A stretch of 64,000 bases of DNA. Origin: Macrostomum lignano. Taxonomy: Eukaryota. The notes under the pieces were generated by a model. It was given only the letters and a program-made list of their open reading frames with translations, was not told the origin of the DNA and did no database searches. The stretch lies in assembly GCA_002269645.1 (NCBI GenBank), contig NIVC01000917.1, forward strand, positions 62,001 to 126,000, given 5' to 3'. Positions 37,216-60,525 of this stretch are shown piece after piece. A program made the translations under genes and the position numbers. Numbering within the stretch: position 1 is the first letter of the stretch; each line of letters opens with the position of its first letter.

Positions 37216-38622
37216 GGTGATCCACTGCTAATATCTTTCCTATTTTGGGTATTAAAGACAAAAGTAGCAAACATTCCTTAGCTAGCTATACTATGCAATA
37301 CATTTTTATTTATTGTATTTATTATACTGTGAAATTTATTAAATTAGATTTTTCTTATCTTCTTTTCTCTTTTATATCAAATACATATACTATTCAGCTA
37401 GAATTCTAGAAGCATACTTTTATTAGAAAATGAATAAATCATAGATTTTTCCAAATTCAATTATGGAATATTCCAATTCATTCATTTTTTCTAGTATCAA
37501 AAATAAAAAAATCAAATCTAGTTTTTCTTTTATTGACATTACCCCACAATCACTCAAGTTTTTAAAAGTAAGTAGTTTAATTATATTTTATTTTAGCTAC
37601 ATATATGCAATATTTAATGATAGTCATGCTTTAAAAAATAGATAGTCAATTTAATGCAATTAAGCAAAAGCTTGCAAACATTTTTGAATATTTGGTATAT
37701 CTATATATTTGATTGCTAATATGCACAATTTCTTGCCTCATTTTATGTTGTATACATTATTATTTTTGTTTGTTTGGCAGTCAGAAATTGTTTGGAACAA
37801 GCCTAAGAGCCCAATGAATTTTCTCTAAAATGACCAATTTTCTAAGTACCAAAACAGAATATTGAATCTTCATTCCATAGCTCTGATTATTGTATACTTT
37901 TTAAAGATAATTTTGTTGTTGGGGTTAACTTCTGCCCTTCTGAAGTGTTTCTACTTTCTGAACTAATGCCACCAATTAGCCACCAAAGTTGAGACAGGGT
38001 TATTTCTGTGTTAATGAAATCCTATTGATACCACCAAAGCAGTCCTATTCTTACTCCATGAATGTTCCACCTTTTCTGTTAAGCCATTAATTTGTATTAT
38101 AATTACCTTCTGAGCATGGGTTTTAGAATCTAGACCTAAGCATTGGTCTGAGTGTATATCTGAGTATATTCCTTACTCCTTACTGGTAGCATTTGTACTC
38201 CGAACTGGTAGCATTATTGGTATGTCTTGGCGGTATATTACTGGTACTAGTATATATGTATTGTATGTATATTTATCTCTTCGGTCCTGGGCGTTCCTGA
38301 GATTAGAGGGTGACAGCCTTCGGTATTCTATATGTATGCTTTGAGATCTACTTCGTCTCCTTTTGCTTTGGTTTTCTACTTATCAGTAGTATATACGGTA
38401 CATGTTCCTTTCACTTCACTTCACTGAAAAAGTTACTGGGTCGAATTGAATCTCTATTTCTGCCAATTAGCAACAGTTTATCGCAACAGGTGCAGCATGC
38501 CTAATTTGAGCAATTTAGTCGTTTAAATTAAAGAAAACCTGTAATATTGAAAGCAACAATAATTTCCTGAAAGTCAGCTGTGTTCTTTTTTCGAAGCAAT
38601 TTCAATTCTAACATTGACTGGC

Positions 38623-41072
38623 ATGCCGCGTGGCGGACGCCAACAGAGAGGCTGGGGCAGCCATATGCTCAACGGGGTGCCGTTCGAGCTGCGCTGGAAG
38701 CCGCGCCAGCTGCCCGATCTGCCCGAGTCGCCGCCGCCGGTTCGGCCGCAGCTGCTGGCCAGCTGGTCCGGCTGCGACTACGACTTCGGCCTGGAGCACC
38801 GGGTGCTGTACCCGCCGGAGGCGGCTGCGGCTAAGGAGCAAGATGCCGTCAAGAAGCAGCAACAGCAGCAGACAAACGACGCAAAAGTTGCACCAGTCTC
38901 CAAAGCTGAGAAAAGTTCTCAGGTTAATTCGACAAAGTCAACAGGTAATGAAGATTTACAACCTACTAAAAGAAACGGTTACCTGCCCCAGCCGCCGTCG
39001 GTGTCTCAAAGTTCAATAAGTACTTTCAACATGTCTAAGGACCCGCTGAAGCCGCAGCCAGTCATAGCGGCAGCGGCCGTCAGTGCATCCACCGACAAGG
39101 CTTCGTTCAGCATCAACTCGTTGAAAGATTTCGACCGAATCGACGATCCGTTTGACGAAGCGGAGCTGCGCACCATTGACGACATGGCCGAGTTGAAGAA
39201 CGCTCTGAGCGGCTTCGCTGCTCGCGGTTGCGCCGTCGACGTTAGCGACGATTCTAGCAGCGGCGGCGGGCAGAGCAATCGGTCGCCGGTGCCCAGCGTT
39301 CACGAGATCACATTCCCGAAGCTGAGCCTTGGCCCGGATTCGCCAACTACATCTGAGTCACCGCCTGTGACTTCGACTACTGCAGCTGCCTTGCCCCAGC
39401 CTCCGCCTCCGCTTTATCAGGCAGCGGCGATGGCTGTTTCGACGGCTCCGGTGTCGATGCCGCCGCCTCCGCCACCGCAGCCTCTTCCACCTTCATCAGT
39501 CGTATCCACTGCGCCAGTGTCAATACCTCATCAGTTTCACCTGTCGTCGTCGCAGCCCCGAGCCCCGTGGAGCTCCTCGATGAATTTCGGTGGCCAAATC
39601 GCAGCCGCTACGGCTGACAGTTTCCGATCGGCCAGCCATCCCGACCTGGCGTCGGCTGCTACCGCGGGACCACCGCCTGTTCAACAGCAACAGCAACAGC
39701 AACCCGCCCAGCAAACAAAGACTAGTAACGCAAAGACTGCAACTTATTCAAAACCGTCCGGCCCGGATCCCTACCCCGACTTGGGCGTGCTTGAACGATT
39801 CAAAGTAGACAGCCTGTGCGCTATGGGTTTTCCCCGTGATCGAGCCGCCCGCGCAGTTGCCCGACTCGGCATGGCCGACGACGAACTCGTCGCTTATTTG
39901 TGCCGGATCGACCGGATTGTTGAGGCCTGCGAGGTGTCGCCTCCGGATGCGGAGAATTCCATCCGGTTGCTGGGCTCGGAGGCTAAGGTGCGTTGAGTGG
40001 TAGCTTTAAATCATTGACTGGACACATGGAGACCTTGGGGTGGCCCACCCAGACCTTTGACTTGATCCACACTGTCCCTTGACTCACTCAAACCCTTGAC
40101 TCACTCAGACCCTTGACTTGACCCACTCAGACCCTTGACTCACTCAGACCCTTGACTTGACCCACTCAGACCCTTGACTCACTCAGACCCTTGACTCACT
40201 CAGACCCTTGACTCACTCAGACCCTTGACTTGACCCACCCAGATCCTTGATCCACCCCGACCCTTGACTTAACCCACTCAGACCCTTGACTCACTCAGAC
40301 CCTTGACTCACTCAGACCCTTGACTCACTCAGACCCTTGACTCACTCAGACCCTTGACTCACTCAGACCCTTGACTCACTCAGACCCTTGACTCACTCAG
40401 ACCCTTGACTCACTCAGACCCTTGACTCACTCAGACCCTTGACTCACTCAGACCCTTGACTCACTCAGACCCTTGACTTGACCCACTCAGACCCTTGACC
40501 CACCCAGATCCTTGATCCACCCCAACCCTTGACTTGACCCACACAGACCCTTGACTCACTCAGACCCTTGACTTGACCCACACAGACCCTTGACTTGACC
40601 CACACAGACCCTTGACTCACTCAGACACTTGACTTGACCCACACAGACCCTTGACTTGACCCACACAGACCCTTGACTTGACCCACTCAGACCCTTGAGC
40701 CACCCAGTTCCTTGACCCACACAGACCCTTGACTTGACCCACACGGACCTTTGACTTGACCCACCACGCTCGTAAGACACTTGGACTGACCCACTAACGG
40801 CTCTCTAAGACACAGAAGTGACCTACCCAAGCTCTTGACTTGACCCACTAAGACACTTGAACCGACCCACTAACGGCTCTCTAAGACACGGAAGTGACCC
40901 GCCCAAGCCTTGTCAATCATTCCAGGCCATTCGCTACCTTCATCTGCGCGCCGAGATGCTGGAATTTGGCTTCAGCCAAGACGACATCGCGGCGGCCGCC
41001 TTGGCCTCGAACCTGGATCGGGACCGGACTGTGGCCCTCCTGCTCAAGCAGAACGGACTCTCCTTAAACTGA
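38623..41072 (+). CDS. UBAP1: Ubiquitin-associated protein 1 (ESCRT-I subunit; UMA plus SOUBA domains), about 503 aa
   Basis: Exons 38623-39987 and 40926-41072 (AAG|GTGCGT...TTCCAG|GCC, phase 0). N-terminal UMA-like LNGVPF...YDFGLEHRVL; conserved DFDRIDDPFDEAELRTIDDMAELKNAL; C-terminal UBA repeats MGFPRDRAARAV and EMLEFGFSQDDI. The first ATG is uncertain and an upstream exon is possible. Confidence 0.85.
40075..40900. repeat. 17/22-bp minisatellite in the UBAP1 intron
   Basis: Units ACTCACTCAGACCCTTG and ACTTGACCCACTCAGACCCTTG, decaying toward the acceptor. Confidence 0.93.
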
Positions 41073-41639
41073 TGGCTGTGTTTCATTAATAATACCGATT
41101 TTGAGTGGAATAACGTTAGTGGTTGTGAGTCATGAGTGCTAATTGTTCCGTTTGTTATTTAATAATTTTTTAATGCAACAATTGCTTTATTCAGCCTACC
41201 CAGAAAACCTCACCCAGGTGCGCTTTCATTAATTGCTACACAGAGCTATAAAATAAATTTTGGAATCATTAAATATCGCATGTTGGGTATTGGGTAATAT
41301 GTACTTCCTTGCTATATGATCTTATTTCTGCTGTTTTTGTGCGTTTTTACCCAGTAATTGAACAGAGGTTGAATTCCTTTGAGTTCAGATAAGAGAGTAA
41401 TATTAGGAATTGTACTTATATATTTATATATATTCTGCCAACGTGTGCACAATTTCACTCCGTGTAAGAAATAATGCGCAAAGCCAAAAGCGTACAGTCC
41501 CTTTCGCTTACGTGCGAGCGTACACTCCCACTCACACACAGCCCTCACACACACAGTTCTCACACAGCGTGACTGCTGGGCACCGGAGACCCATTGCTCT
41601 GCCCGCCTCACACAGCCCTCACACTGCATTCGCTCCTGT

Positions 41640-41960
41640 CTCCCTCACCCACCCTTCAATGTACACTCCCTCTCAACCCTCACCCACCCCTTTTAATGTA
41701 CACTCCCTCTCAACCCTCACCCACCCCTTTTAATGTACACTCCCTCTCAACCCTCACCCACCCCTTTTAATGTACACTCCCTCTCAACCCTCACCCACCC
41801 CTTTTAATGTACACTCCCTCTCAACCCTCACCCACCCCTTAATGTACATTCCCTCTGAACTTCCTCGCCCACCCTTCAATGTTCACTCCCTCAACTCTCG
41901 CCCATCCCTTATTGTACAACTCCCTCTTCGCTCTCTTACCCACCCTTTTATGTACACTCG
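41640..41960. repeat. 37-bp tandem repeat
   Basis: Unit AATGTACACTCCCTCTCAACCCTCACCCACCCCTTTT; related decayed sequence resumes near 42700-42780. Confidence 0.85.
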
Positions 41961-41980
41961 CTTCTGTCTATATATCATCC

Positions 41981-42661
41981 AGGGGGGTTTCACAAACTCG
42001 AAATTTCACAACGTCGAAAGCACCTTCTTTCACAAGGTCGAAATTTCACAAGGTCGAAATTTCATAACATCGAAAACTCAAATAGCAGCCACTTTCACAA
42101 AGTCGAAACTTCACAAGGTCGAAATTTCACAACATCGAAAACTCGAAAAGCAGCCACTTTCATAAGGTAGAAATTTCACAAGGTCGAAATTTCACAACAT
42201 CGAAAACTTTAGCAAGAGACTTCATAAGGTCGAAATTTCATAAGGTCGAAATTTCATAAGGTCGAAATTTCACAATGTAGAAAACTACTGTATGGTTCTT
42301 GATATATAAAATTTTCGACTTTGTGAAATTTCGAGCTTATGAAGTTTCGACCTTGTGAAAGTGGCTGCACTTGAGTTTTCGATGTTATGAAATTTCGACC
42401 TTATGAAATTTCGACCTTATGAAATCTCTTGCTAGATTTTTCGATGTTGTGAAATTTCGACCTTGTGAAGTTTCGACCTTGTGAAAGTGGCTGCTATTTG
42501 AGTTTTCGACCTTGTGAGGTTTCGACCTTATGAAATTTCGACCTTATGAAGTCTCTTGCTAAAGTTTTCGATGTTGTGAAATTTCGACCTTGTGAAGTTT
42601 CGACCTTGTGAAATAATTTACTTTTCGACGTTGTGAAATTTCGACCTTGTGAAAGCACCCC
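41981..42661. mobile_element. Foldback-type non-autonomous DNA transposon
   Basis: The left arm is tandem 15-bp TTTCACAAGGTCGAAA-type units and the right arm is their reverse complement, with a spacer of about 30 bp and G-rich/C-rich termini. An 8-bp direct repeat TATCATCC lies at 41973-41980 and 42662-42669. Confidence 0.85.
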
Positions 42662-43524
42662 TATCATCCGATCATCAATGTACATTTGTTCTCGATTTCT
42701 TCACCCTCAAAACACACCCACTCCTGACTCCCTCACCCTTCAATGTGCACTTATCTCTCGTCCTGTCCCCTATCTACACACATGCTATGTATTACCGGTA
42801 CCAAGCTCATGCCTTTATAAACAAGTCACATGCAGTACTTATTTGTATTTTAGTTAGTCTTATACTTGTCATATGCCATAGTTAATAGCATTATTGCCCA
42901 GATGTAGCTTGCTAATTTATCATCTGCCTACTTCAAGTAGGAGTAATTGCACCGAATATAACTTCTTCACAAAATTGTTTGGTTTTAATTATTAGAAAGC
43001 CAAAACGTTAAGGTAAAATGAATATCTGTTTATTTAAGTAGAATTAATTATTCCAGATATGCCAGTGACAGTCGATATACTTTAATTGGTTTCCATGGCA
43101 ACAAGGCAAGTGCATATAAATAATGTTAAAAAATATAGTTATGTTCGGCATTGTTAAACCCGTGCATATTGTACATATGTATGGCATCAGCATGCCTGAC
43201 CTGCAACGAGGCCGCGCTCGCTTCTTTCTTGTATTTTACTGTTTTGTATCAACTCTTGCAGATGAATGTAATTCTATACCGATTACCTGTATGCAACCAT
43301 AATATTCGTATTTAAATATATAGGATTACTTTTGTTCGCAAATAATTTCGTTGCTTTGGCTTCTGTTTGCTTCTTAATTGAATCGATTATCGTGTCTTGA
43401 TTTGTAAATTGTCCCTCGACCATCGACCCCAATTCAATAGAGCTAAATATTTCTTCTGAACAAGACAGTCCTTATCTGAGGAGAGTTTTTTATCGACTCC
43501 TGAAAAAATCACCAAGGACAAAAT

Positions 43525-44212
43525 CTGAAGAATCGTCAGACACCCTCTGAAGAATCGCCAAATACGAAGTACACCATCTGAAGAACCGTCAAAAACATCC
43601 TCTGAAGTATCGTCAAAGACACCCTCTGAAGAATCCTAATAGACACCATCTGAAGAATCGTCAAAGACACCATTTGAAGAATCGTCAAGGACACCGTCTG
43701 AAGAATCGTCAAAAGCACCGTCTAAAATATCATCAAAGACACCATCTGAAGAATCGTCAAAGACACCCTCTGAAGAATCGTCAAAAGCACCGTTTGAAAA
43801 ATCGTCAAAAGCACAGTCTGAAGAATCGTCAAAGACACCCTCTGAAGAATCGTCAAAAGCACCGTCTGAAGAATCGTCAAAAGCACCGTCTGAAGAATCG
43901 TCAAGGACACCGTCTGAAGAAACGTCAGACACCCTCTGAAGAATCGTCAAAGACACCCTCTGAAGAATCGTCAAGGACACCGTCTGAAGAATCGTCAAAG
44001 ACACCCTCTGAAGAATCGTCAAAGACACCCTCTGAAGAATCGTCAAAGACACCCTCTGAAGGATCGTCAAAGACACCCTCTGAAGGATCGTCAGACACCC
44101 TCTGAAGAATCGTCAGACACCCTCTGAAGAATCGTCAAAAACATCCTCCAAAGAATCGTCAGACACCCTCTGAAGAATCGTCAAAGACACCCTCTGAGGA
44201 ATCGTCAGACAC
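43525..44212. repeat. 24-bp minisatellite CCCTCTGAAGAATCGTCAAAGACA
   Basis: About 28 copies, ending about 290 bp upstream of the cholinesterase ATG. Confidence 0.93.
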
Positions 44213-44339
44213 TAAAAATCTTCAAAGACCACAGAAAAATCACTGAAAAGCTTCTTGTGAAAGATGGCCGTTGATTGTCGAGGCTGCGAACTTTACTCTG
44301 CCGATTTAACTAATGTTGCAAATTTACTTGGCGCAACTC

Positions 44340-44380
44340 CTCATTGGCTAGGACGCGTCATTCAACGGCAGACCCAATCG
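44340..44380 (+). promoter_or_regulatory. Possible paired CCAAT boxes upstream of the cholinesterase
   Basis: ATTGG at 44343 and CCAAT at 44374, 125-160 nt before the ATG; motif match only. Confidence 0.25.
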
Positions 44381-44502
44381 TGGTTAACCGTGCCATCTGA
44401 GTCCATCGCTTACTTAACAGTGCCACTATAGAGGGGTAGGAAAATATTCTAAAAAAGCAGTTAGAATCTCCTTTATCGATATTAAAAAGTACAAGCTTTA
44501 GT

Positions 44503-55235
<10,733 letters not shown>

Positions 55236-55701
55236 TCACGCCGGCTGCTGTACTCAATACTGTAGCATTCTTAACTTTTGCATATTTGAAACAGCAATTA
55301 TTTTATCTATTACAATAAGGTTGTCTTTGACTTTTGAATCGCGCGTAAAGGAGCCCTCGGAACATTTGCGTGTAAACTACTTTCAGTTCAGTAGAAAGAT
55401 AAAAACAGAAGCGTTTTAAAGTATTTTTTAGGACAAGACTCCTCACCGACCGGTTTTATTGGCCTTCTTCGGTGTTCCAGCCTAACGCTGCCTGCTGTGT
55501 ACATTTCACTTGCGCGGACTAATGTACATTGCGGGCAAGATCGAGTTTTGTTTACACTTACAACTACCTTTATTTTCATAAAAATGGCTTAAACATTCTT
55601 TCTTACTACTGAACTGAAAGGTAGAGAAACTGTTAAAACTAATTGAAAATATCTGTCTATCTGGTGGTCTTCTTAAGTGTCCTAATGTATGTCCGTTTGT
55701 G

Positions 55702-55702
<1 letters not shown>

Positions 55703-55757
<55 letters not shown>
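55703..55757. repeat. (TGTC)n microsatellite
   Basis: Directly visible. Confidence 0.9.
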
Positions 55758-55759
<2 letters not shown>

Positions 55760-55970
55760 CTTCACTTGCTGATCATGGCTTCCAGACTCTCATGGGTCAT
55801 GGAGTAATGAAAATCAGAGCTGGGCAATTATATTTTTAAAAGTAAAAAATGAGCTATTAATTGTCGTCATTGTCATCAGCTGATTGTCACAGATTCGCTA
55901 CTTGGTGAGGACATAAAATGTATGTGTGCTTATATTTGAATTTTTGTACAACATGCCGTATTTTTGCATT

Positions 55971-56152
55971 GGGCCGTATGCAGAAAGCTCTGTCTAGGGT
56001 AGTCCGGTCTTGAAAAGCTAATCTGGACTTGGATTTGGTATGCAGAAACACAAAGTTAGACCGGTCTACTAGGGTAGCTAGACCATAGACTATAGACTGA
56101 ACTACCCAAGCCCGGACTAGCTAGTCTGGACTAGGCTTTCTGCATACGGCCC
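55971..56152. mobile_element. PIF/Harbinger-like MITE (182 bp)
   Basis: 18-bp perfect TIR GGGCCGTATGCAGAAAGC...GCTTTCTGCATACGGCCC with a longer imperfect extension; 3-bp ATT on both sides. The superfamily is inferred from the GGGCC ends and 3-bp TSD. Confidence 0.8.
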
Positions 56153-56189
56153 ATTAAGTGTCCACCCTGAGACTGACCCTCACTTTTGG

Positions 56190-56310
56190 CCATAGACTAT
56201 AGGATTCACGCACACCAGGGCCAACCCCCAAGGCACAGAGAGCGTACATACCGGATGATTTGGAAGTCAAGGGCCGCTGTACACCCTGTGTGAGCGCGTG
56301 CTCAGGGGTC
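56190..56310 (+). mobile_element. SINE family 2 fragment
   Basis: GGGCCAACCCCCAAGGCACAGAGAG...AAGGGCCGCTGTACACCCTGTGTGAGCG matches the copies at 59065 and 63285. Confidence 0.7.
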
Positions 56311-56879
56311 TTCAGTCCATAATTATACTCCCAGTCTCGTCAAAAAACTTTCCGAAACAAATTCCCCTTAAATGTGTTTCCTACAGTCGTCTTTGTCAAT
56401 TTTATTTCTAGTCTTTGTTCAATTGAGCTGTAGTTCACTACTGACGTTGAAACTGTCATTTTAGCTAAAATCAAATACAATGATCAAAAAATTGTCGCAT
56501 AGATATTCTTGTGAACTTTTACCTTTCAAAAGTAAGTTCATAGAAATTAACAATTTTTTACTAATACTTTTTGTCAGTTTTTGTACTTTTAAAAAGTCCG
56601 TCTGTTGAGACACAAGAAATTCCTTTCGCAATTTTCATTGTCTTTAAAGATTCTGTCTGTTCCCAGGATTTCAGATTTCCGAATTTGGAATTACACAGCA
56701 CTGAGATCTACCTGCTCCGGGATTCCCTCTGTTTTGAGATTCCCCTATTTTGTGGTTAATCTCAACTAGGTAGGTAATTTCAACTTGAAAGCAGCCAATT
56801 TAATGATGGCATGAGCAGGGGCTGATAGAATTACGAAATAGGGTCACGTGATGACAATTAACTACGTGCATAGAAGCTT

Positions 56880-58530
56880 AGGAGTATGGCCAGTCAGAGC
56901 GAACAGATCGGGAGAGAATGGTGTGCACGCAGTCTCCCGAATCGTTGGTCGATCGGCGCCTTCGGGACGTCGAGCTCCGGACGGCCTTCTTCGTCCACTC
57001 CGACCCGGCCGCGGTCAGCAGTGGCCGAAGCTGGTCCCTGTGCGCCAGGACGGGCCGGTCCGACTCGGTTAGGGTGACGACCGCCGTGTTGTGCCCGGCC
57101 TGCACGAAGAGCTCGGCAATTTCTGACTGTGCGCAGCTTGATAAGCTACCAGGGCGTCCGTCTCGAAGGTCAGCGTCAACGGGCTTCTCAGCTGCCGAAC
57201 CACCAGCGCCGAGACGCTGCCTCGGCCTCGGCCGTCACTATGTGGAGTCGCTCAGTAGTTCAGCAGGAACTTGGCCAGGTACGCATCGAACGGTATTGAT
57301 GAGCTGAAAACGTCTTGAGTCGTCGCATTTGACAGTTTTGACAGCCGTTGGACTGCGGGTGGTACGGCGGCGTGAAGAGCTGATTGCAGCCGCTCCGCTC
57401 CAGCCAGCCTTGAAGCTCCTGATCGTGAAACTCGGGTGCACTGTCGGACACCAGAGTGTGCGGCACGCCTTGTCTTGCGAAGATGGCCCGTAGAACTCGA
57501 ATCACCGTCCTCGCGCTCCTGTCTGCCACGTGCACAGCTTCCGGCCAGCCAGAGAAAGCGTCAACCAGCACCAGGATCAGGCCGATGTGCACCCGCTTCC
57601 AATGCGTCTCCTCGGTAGGCAGTGGTCAAATCCTCGTACATGTACAGGTTGTGCACTGCTTCACAAACCACTCGACATCATCATGCTTCGCGTCTGAGTC
57701 GATTTTGAGTCGCCAGCGCTCCGCTGTGGGTCAACTGATGACGGGCAGCCTTGAATGGGCGCTCCGCAGCCGAGTAGTTGGACCAGACATTCTTCTGGAT
57801 CCGGCGCTTGATGTTCTTGAGCACTGGATCGATGTCTGTGCCCTGGTGGATCTCGCCCAGCCTCAGCAGGTCAGTCTCGGTCTAGTGGATGAAGCCGTCA
57901 TTGTCGCTCTCGAATGGCATCCGGGACATGGCGTCCACGTGCGGGATGCTGTTGCCCTTGACGTAGGCGATGTCGAAGTCGAACGCGGATAGCTGAATGG
58001 CCCACCGCATGATCCGAGTCGAAGTCACCTTGGGCAGCTCTGGGTCCGAACAGAATATGAATTCCAGTGGCTGGAGCAGGAATTTCTTGCCCAACAGGAA
58101 GTGTTTAGCTCGCTGAGTTGCCCAGACAACCAACCACCAGAGCCTCCCGCTCGATGTTCGAATAGTTGCGCTCGGCGTGAGGTTTGAGACGCCTTGATAG
58201 GTACAACACCGGTTGGCCGTCTTGGCTGAGGGTGCCCGATACTGCGGACTCGCTGGCATCTATCGTAGGGGTGGTCAGCTTCCTGGGATCGAATATGAGG
58301 ATCACCGGGTACACACTGCCAAGGCCCGCTTGAAGCCCCAGGAAGCTGGACTTCTGACTCCGCATTGCGTGTCAAAGGCTCAATCTTCTCCGAATAGGCC
58401 TGGATGTAGCGCGCATAATAGTTGGTGAGCCCCAGGAATGACTCCAGCTCCTTCCTCGTCGTGGGCGGCTTGATCTTCTGGACTTTCTTCATAAGCTCCT
58501 TGTCTGGACCAAACCGATCTGGTTGTTGGT
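56880..58530 (-). mobile_element. Decayed Ty3/gypsy LTR retrotransposon pol (RT end, RNase H, integrase)
   Basis: In order on the minus strand: KPPTTRKELESFLGLTNYYARYI; DASESAVSGTLSQDGQPVLYLSR..ERNYSNIEREAL; RIMRWAIQLSAFDFDIAYVKGNSIPHVDAMSR; H2C2 remnant HSGALATQNRLRR/VEWFVKQCTTC; LVDAFSGWPEA..VPHTLVSDSAPEF..PPYHPQSNG; AKFLLNY*ATPH; tail LAHRDQLRP. It has frameshifts and deletions, and no LTRs were identified. Confidence 0.9.
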
Positions 58531-59064
58531 GTTTGTCAAGTCGACTGTGGCAAAGTGGGTCATCCCGGCCGGGTGGACTTTATGTTGGGCAGCAGTGGGT
58601 GGGAGCCGGCGCAGGTTTTGGGGCAGAAGCAGACAATGCGCTGCAAACAAAATAAAAGCAAGGCTTGCTGTTGCTGTTGCAGAAGCCACGCCCTGACCTC
58701 CCGGAAGTGATTACCAAAGCTTGTATTTGTCTCTCTATGCAGAATGAAATGCCAGTCAAAAGATTTATAATTATTTTTAAACCTTTTTGCCGGTCCCTCA
58801 GACAGATTAGCTTTTTGGCTTAACCAATCCTCATTAATTAACTCAGCGCTCAGGAAATTACAGAGAAGCTGATGATGAGAGTTCTTATGCTAATGAACCC
58901 TGAGAACTCCAGGACTGCTATAAACATCGATTTAGTTTAAGCACCAACTGGTAATTTGCGTGTGATTCCAACGACCCCCGGGGACACGTACTACTCGCAC
59001 TGACTAGAAAAAAGGGACTAGGCTACGACACGGCAGGCAAGAGTATGTCTATGGCCGAAACCTC

Positions 59065-59395
59065 GGGGCAGAGCACCTCAGCGGTAAACATGTCAGTCTC
59101 TCTCGCCACGACCCCTGATTCAATTCATTTGGGACTTGTGCTCGAAAATTAGTCGGGGGGGGGGATTGTCGTGCGATTCACAATCCATGAGGACCAACCC
59201 CCCAAGGCACACAGAGTGTACATGCCTGACGATTAGAAAGTCAGGGCTGCTGTACACCCTGTGTGAGCGTGTGTATGAGTGCGTGACTGCGTACAGTATT
59301 GGTGCGCTTGCATTGTGCTCAGGAGCCAGCGGAACTGGCAGAATTTCCGGCTGTGGGACCATGTCGCCGAAGGGTGCCCGAAGCCCTTAGTATGC
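59065..59395 (+). mobile_element. SINE family 2, near full-length copy
   Basis: Head GGGGCAGAGCA...GATTCAATTCATTTGGG and a body shared with 63285-63624. Confidence 0.75.
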
Positions 59396-59408
59396 CCTCA
59401 TAGGGAGA

Positions 59409-59630
59409 GGATTGTAGCCCAGTGGTTAGAGCGTCGGACTCACGACTTGAAGGTCGGGGGTTCGATACCCGATCCCAATGGAACAATTTGTGTCCTTGAG
59501 CAAGACACTTAACTCTGAATTGCTTCAGTTCACCCAGCTGTAAAATGAGTGCCAGCATTAGCTGGGGTAACTGAGGGTGTGTGACGACCCCCCATATTAG
59601 TGCAGGCATAATCAAATATTATTATATAAA
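59409..59630 (+). mobile_element. SINE family 1 copy lacking the hairpin region
   Basis: Head and central domain intact; jumps from GTGACGACCCCCC to the ATAATCAAATATTATT tail. Confidence 0.85.
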
Positions 59631-60274
59631 TTATTTATCTTCACGTTGATTGAACGGAAAGATTATCAATTGAAGCTGAACCCCAATTAAACACAATCGT
59701 TACTGTGTCTGAGTTTTTGGTATTTTAATAAAAACGAAGACCAAAATACTTCCTACTTCTGTAAATTCGATCACGTGGGAAGAAAACCAAGGCAGAAACT
59801 CGGACTGTCGGATTAGTAATGCATTAATATTCCTTCAGACGGCAATGAGAGTTCCTACCATTGTATTACTGTAGCATCCAGTATTGAACTGGGGAGGGGG
59901 ACGGCTCTCTGTGGAACAAAGATGGCCGTGATCCCCTATTGATTGAGGCAACTAAGCCCAACCATACCTACAGAGTGCAGGCCCATATCCATTGAATTAA
60001 CAATCAGGGCAGATCCCGGTGCGGAGGCCATACGATTGCAGCTGACTTGGACAATTTGGCGACGCCAAGTCAAAGACGACCCGGGACTACGGGACGTAAT
60101 GCTTATGGGAAATTGATAAAAGAGGCTTCTGCGATTCAGTGCGGCTCTCCTTTATTCCAGCATTTCATTGTTATCATGGTACAGGTAATGTACGTGATTT
60201 TATGAATAGGAGAATACAGGGCGAGGACAGCTCTGGTTTTCTCTGCTAAAAGAAGTTTTTCAGCTTTTTAAGCA

Positions 60275-60525
60275 ATATTTTGATTACACCTGCTCCAATA
60301 GGCAGATACGCAACCGACAGCTCAGCCGCAGCTATTGCGCGGCGCATCTGAAAGCTGCGTACGGCTGTTCAGTCCAAGGACTGGGGGGTCGCCACACACA
60401 CCCTCAATTACCCCAGGTGAGCTGAAGCAATACAGAGTTAAGTGTCTTGCTCAAGGACACAAATTGTTCCAAGTGGGACGAGAATCGAACCCCCGACCTC
60501 TAACTAACCACTAGGCTGCAACCCC
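60275..60525 (-). mobile_element. SINE family 1 copy with internal deletions
   Basis: Minus strand GGGGTTGCAGCCTAGTGG...GGGGTTCGATTCTC, hairpin and GGTGTAATC tail. Confidence 0.85.

Noticed and set aside
43495-43510. Hammerhead-like core near 43476-43506 (CTGAGGA-stem-GAAA), plus CTGATGAG at 6005
   Set aside because: There are extra bases before GAAA and no stem I/III or cleavage triplet in register; the 6005 site has no GAAA partner.
43636-44105. SEESSKTP, KNRQRH and DDSSDG ORFs upstream of the cholinesterase
   Set aside because: These are frames of a 24-bp minisatellite with no ATG, splice or homology support.
56878-57105. Host dehydrogenase-like exon (QAGHNTAVV)
   Set aside because: It is better explained as the C-terminal tail of the gypsy integrase, continuous with AKFLLNY*ATPH and ending LAHRDQLRP.
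59330-59375. CATGGTCCCA(C)AGCC on the minus strand, resembling the start of the HDV ribozyme
   Set aside because: The downstream P1, P3 and J4/2 elements are absent, so this is a chance match inside SINE family 2.
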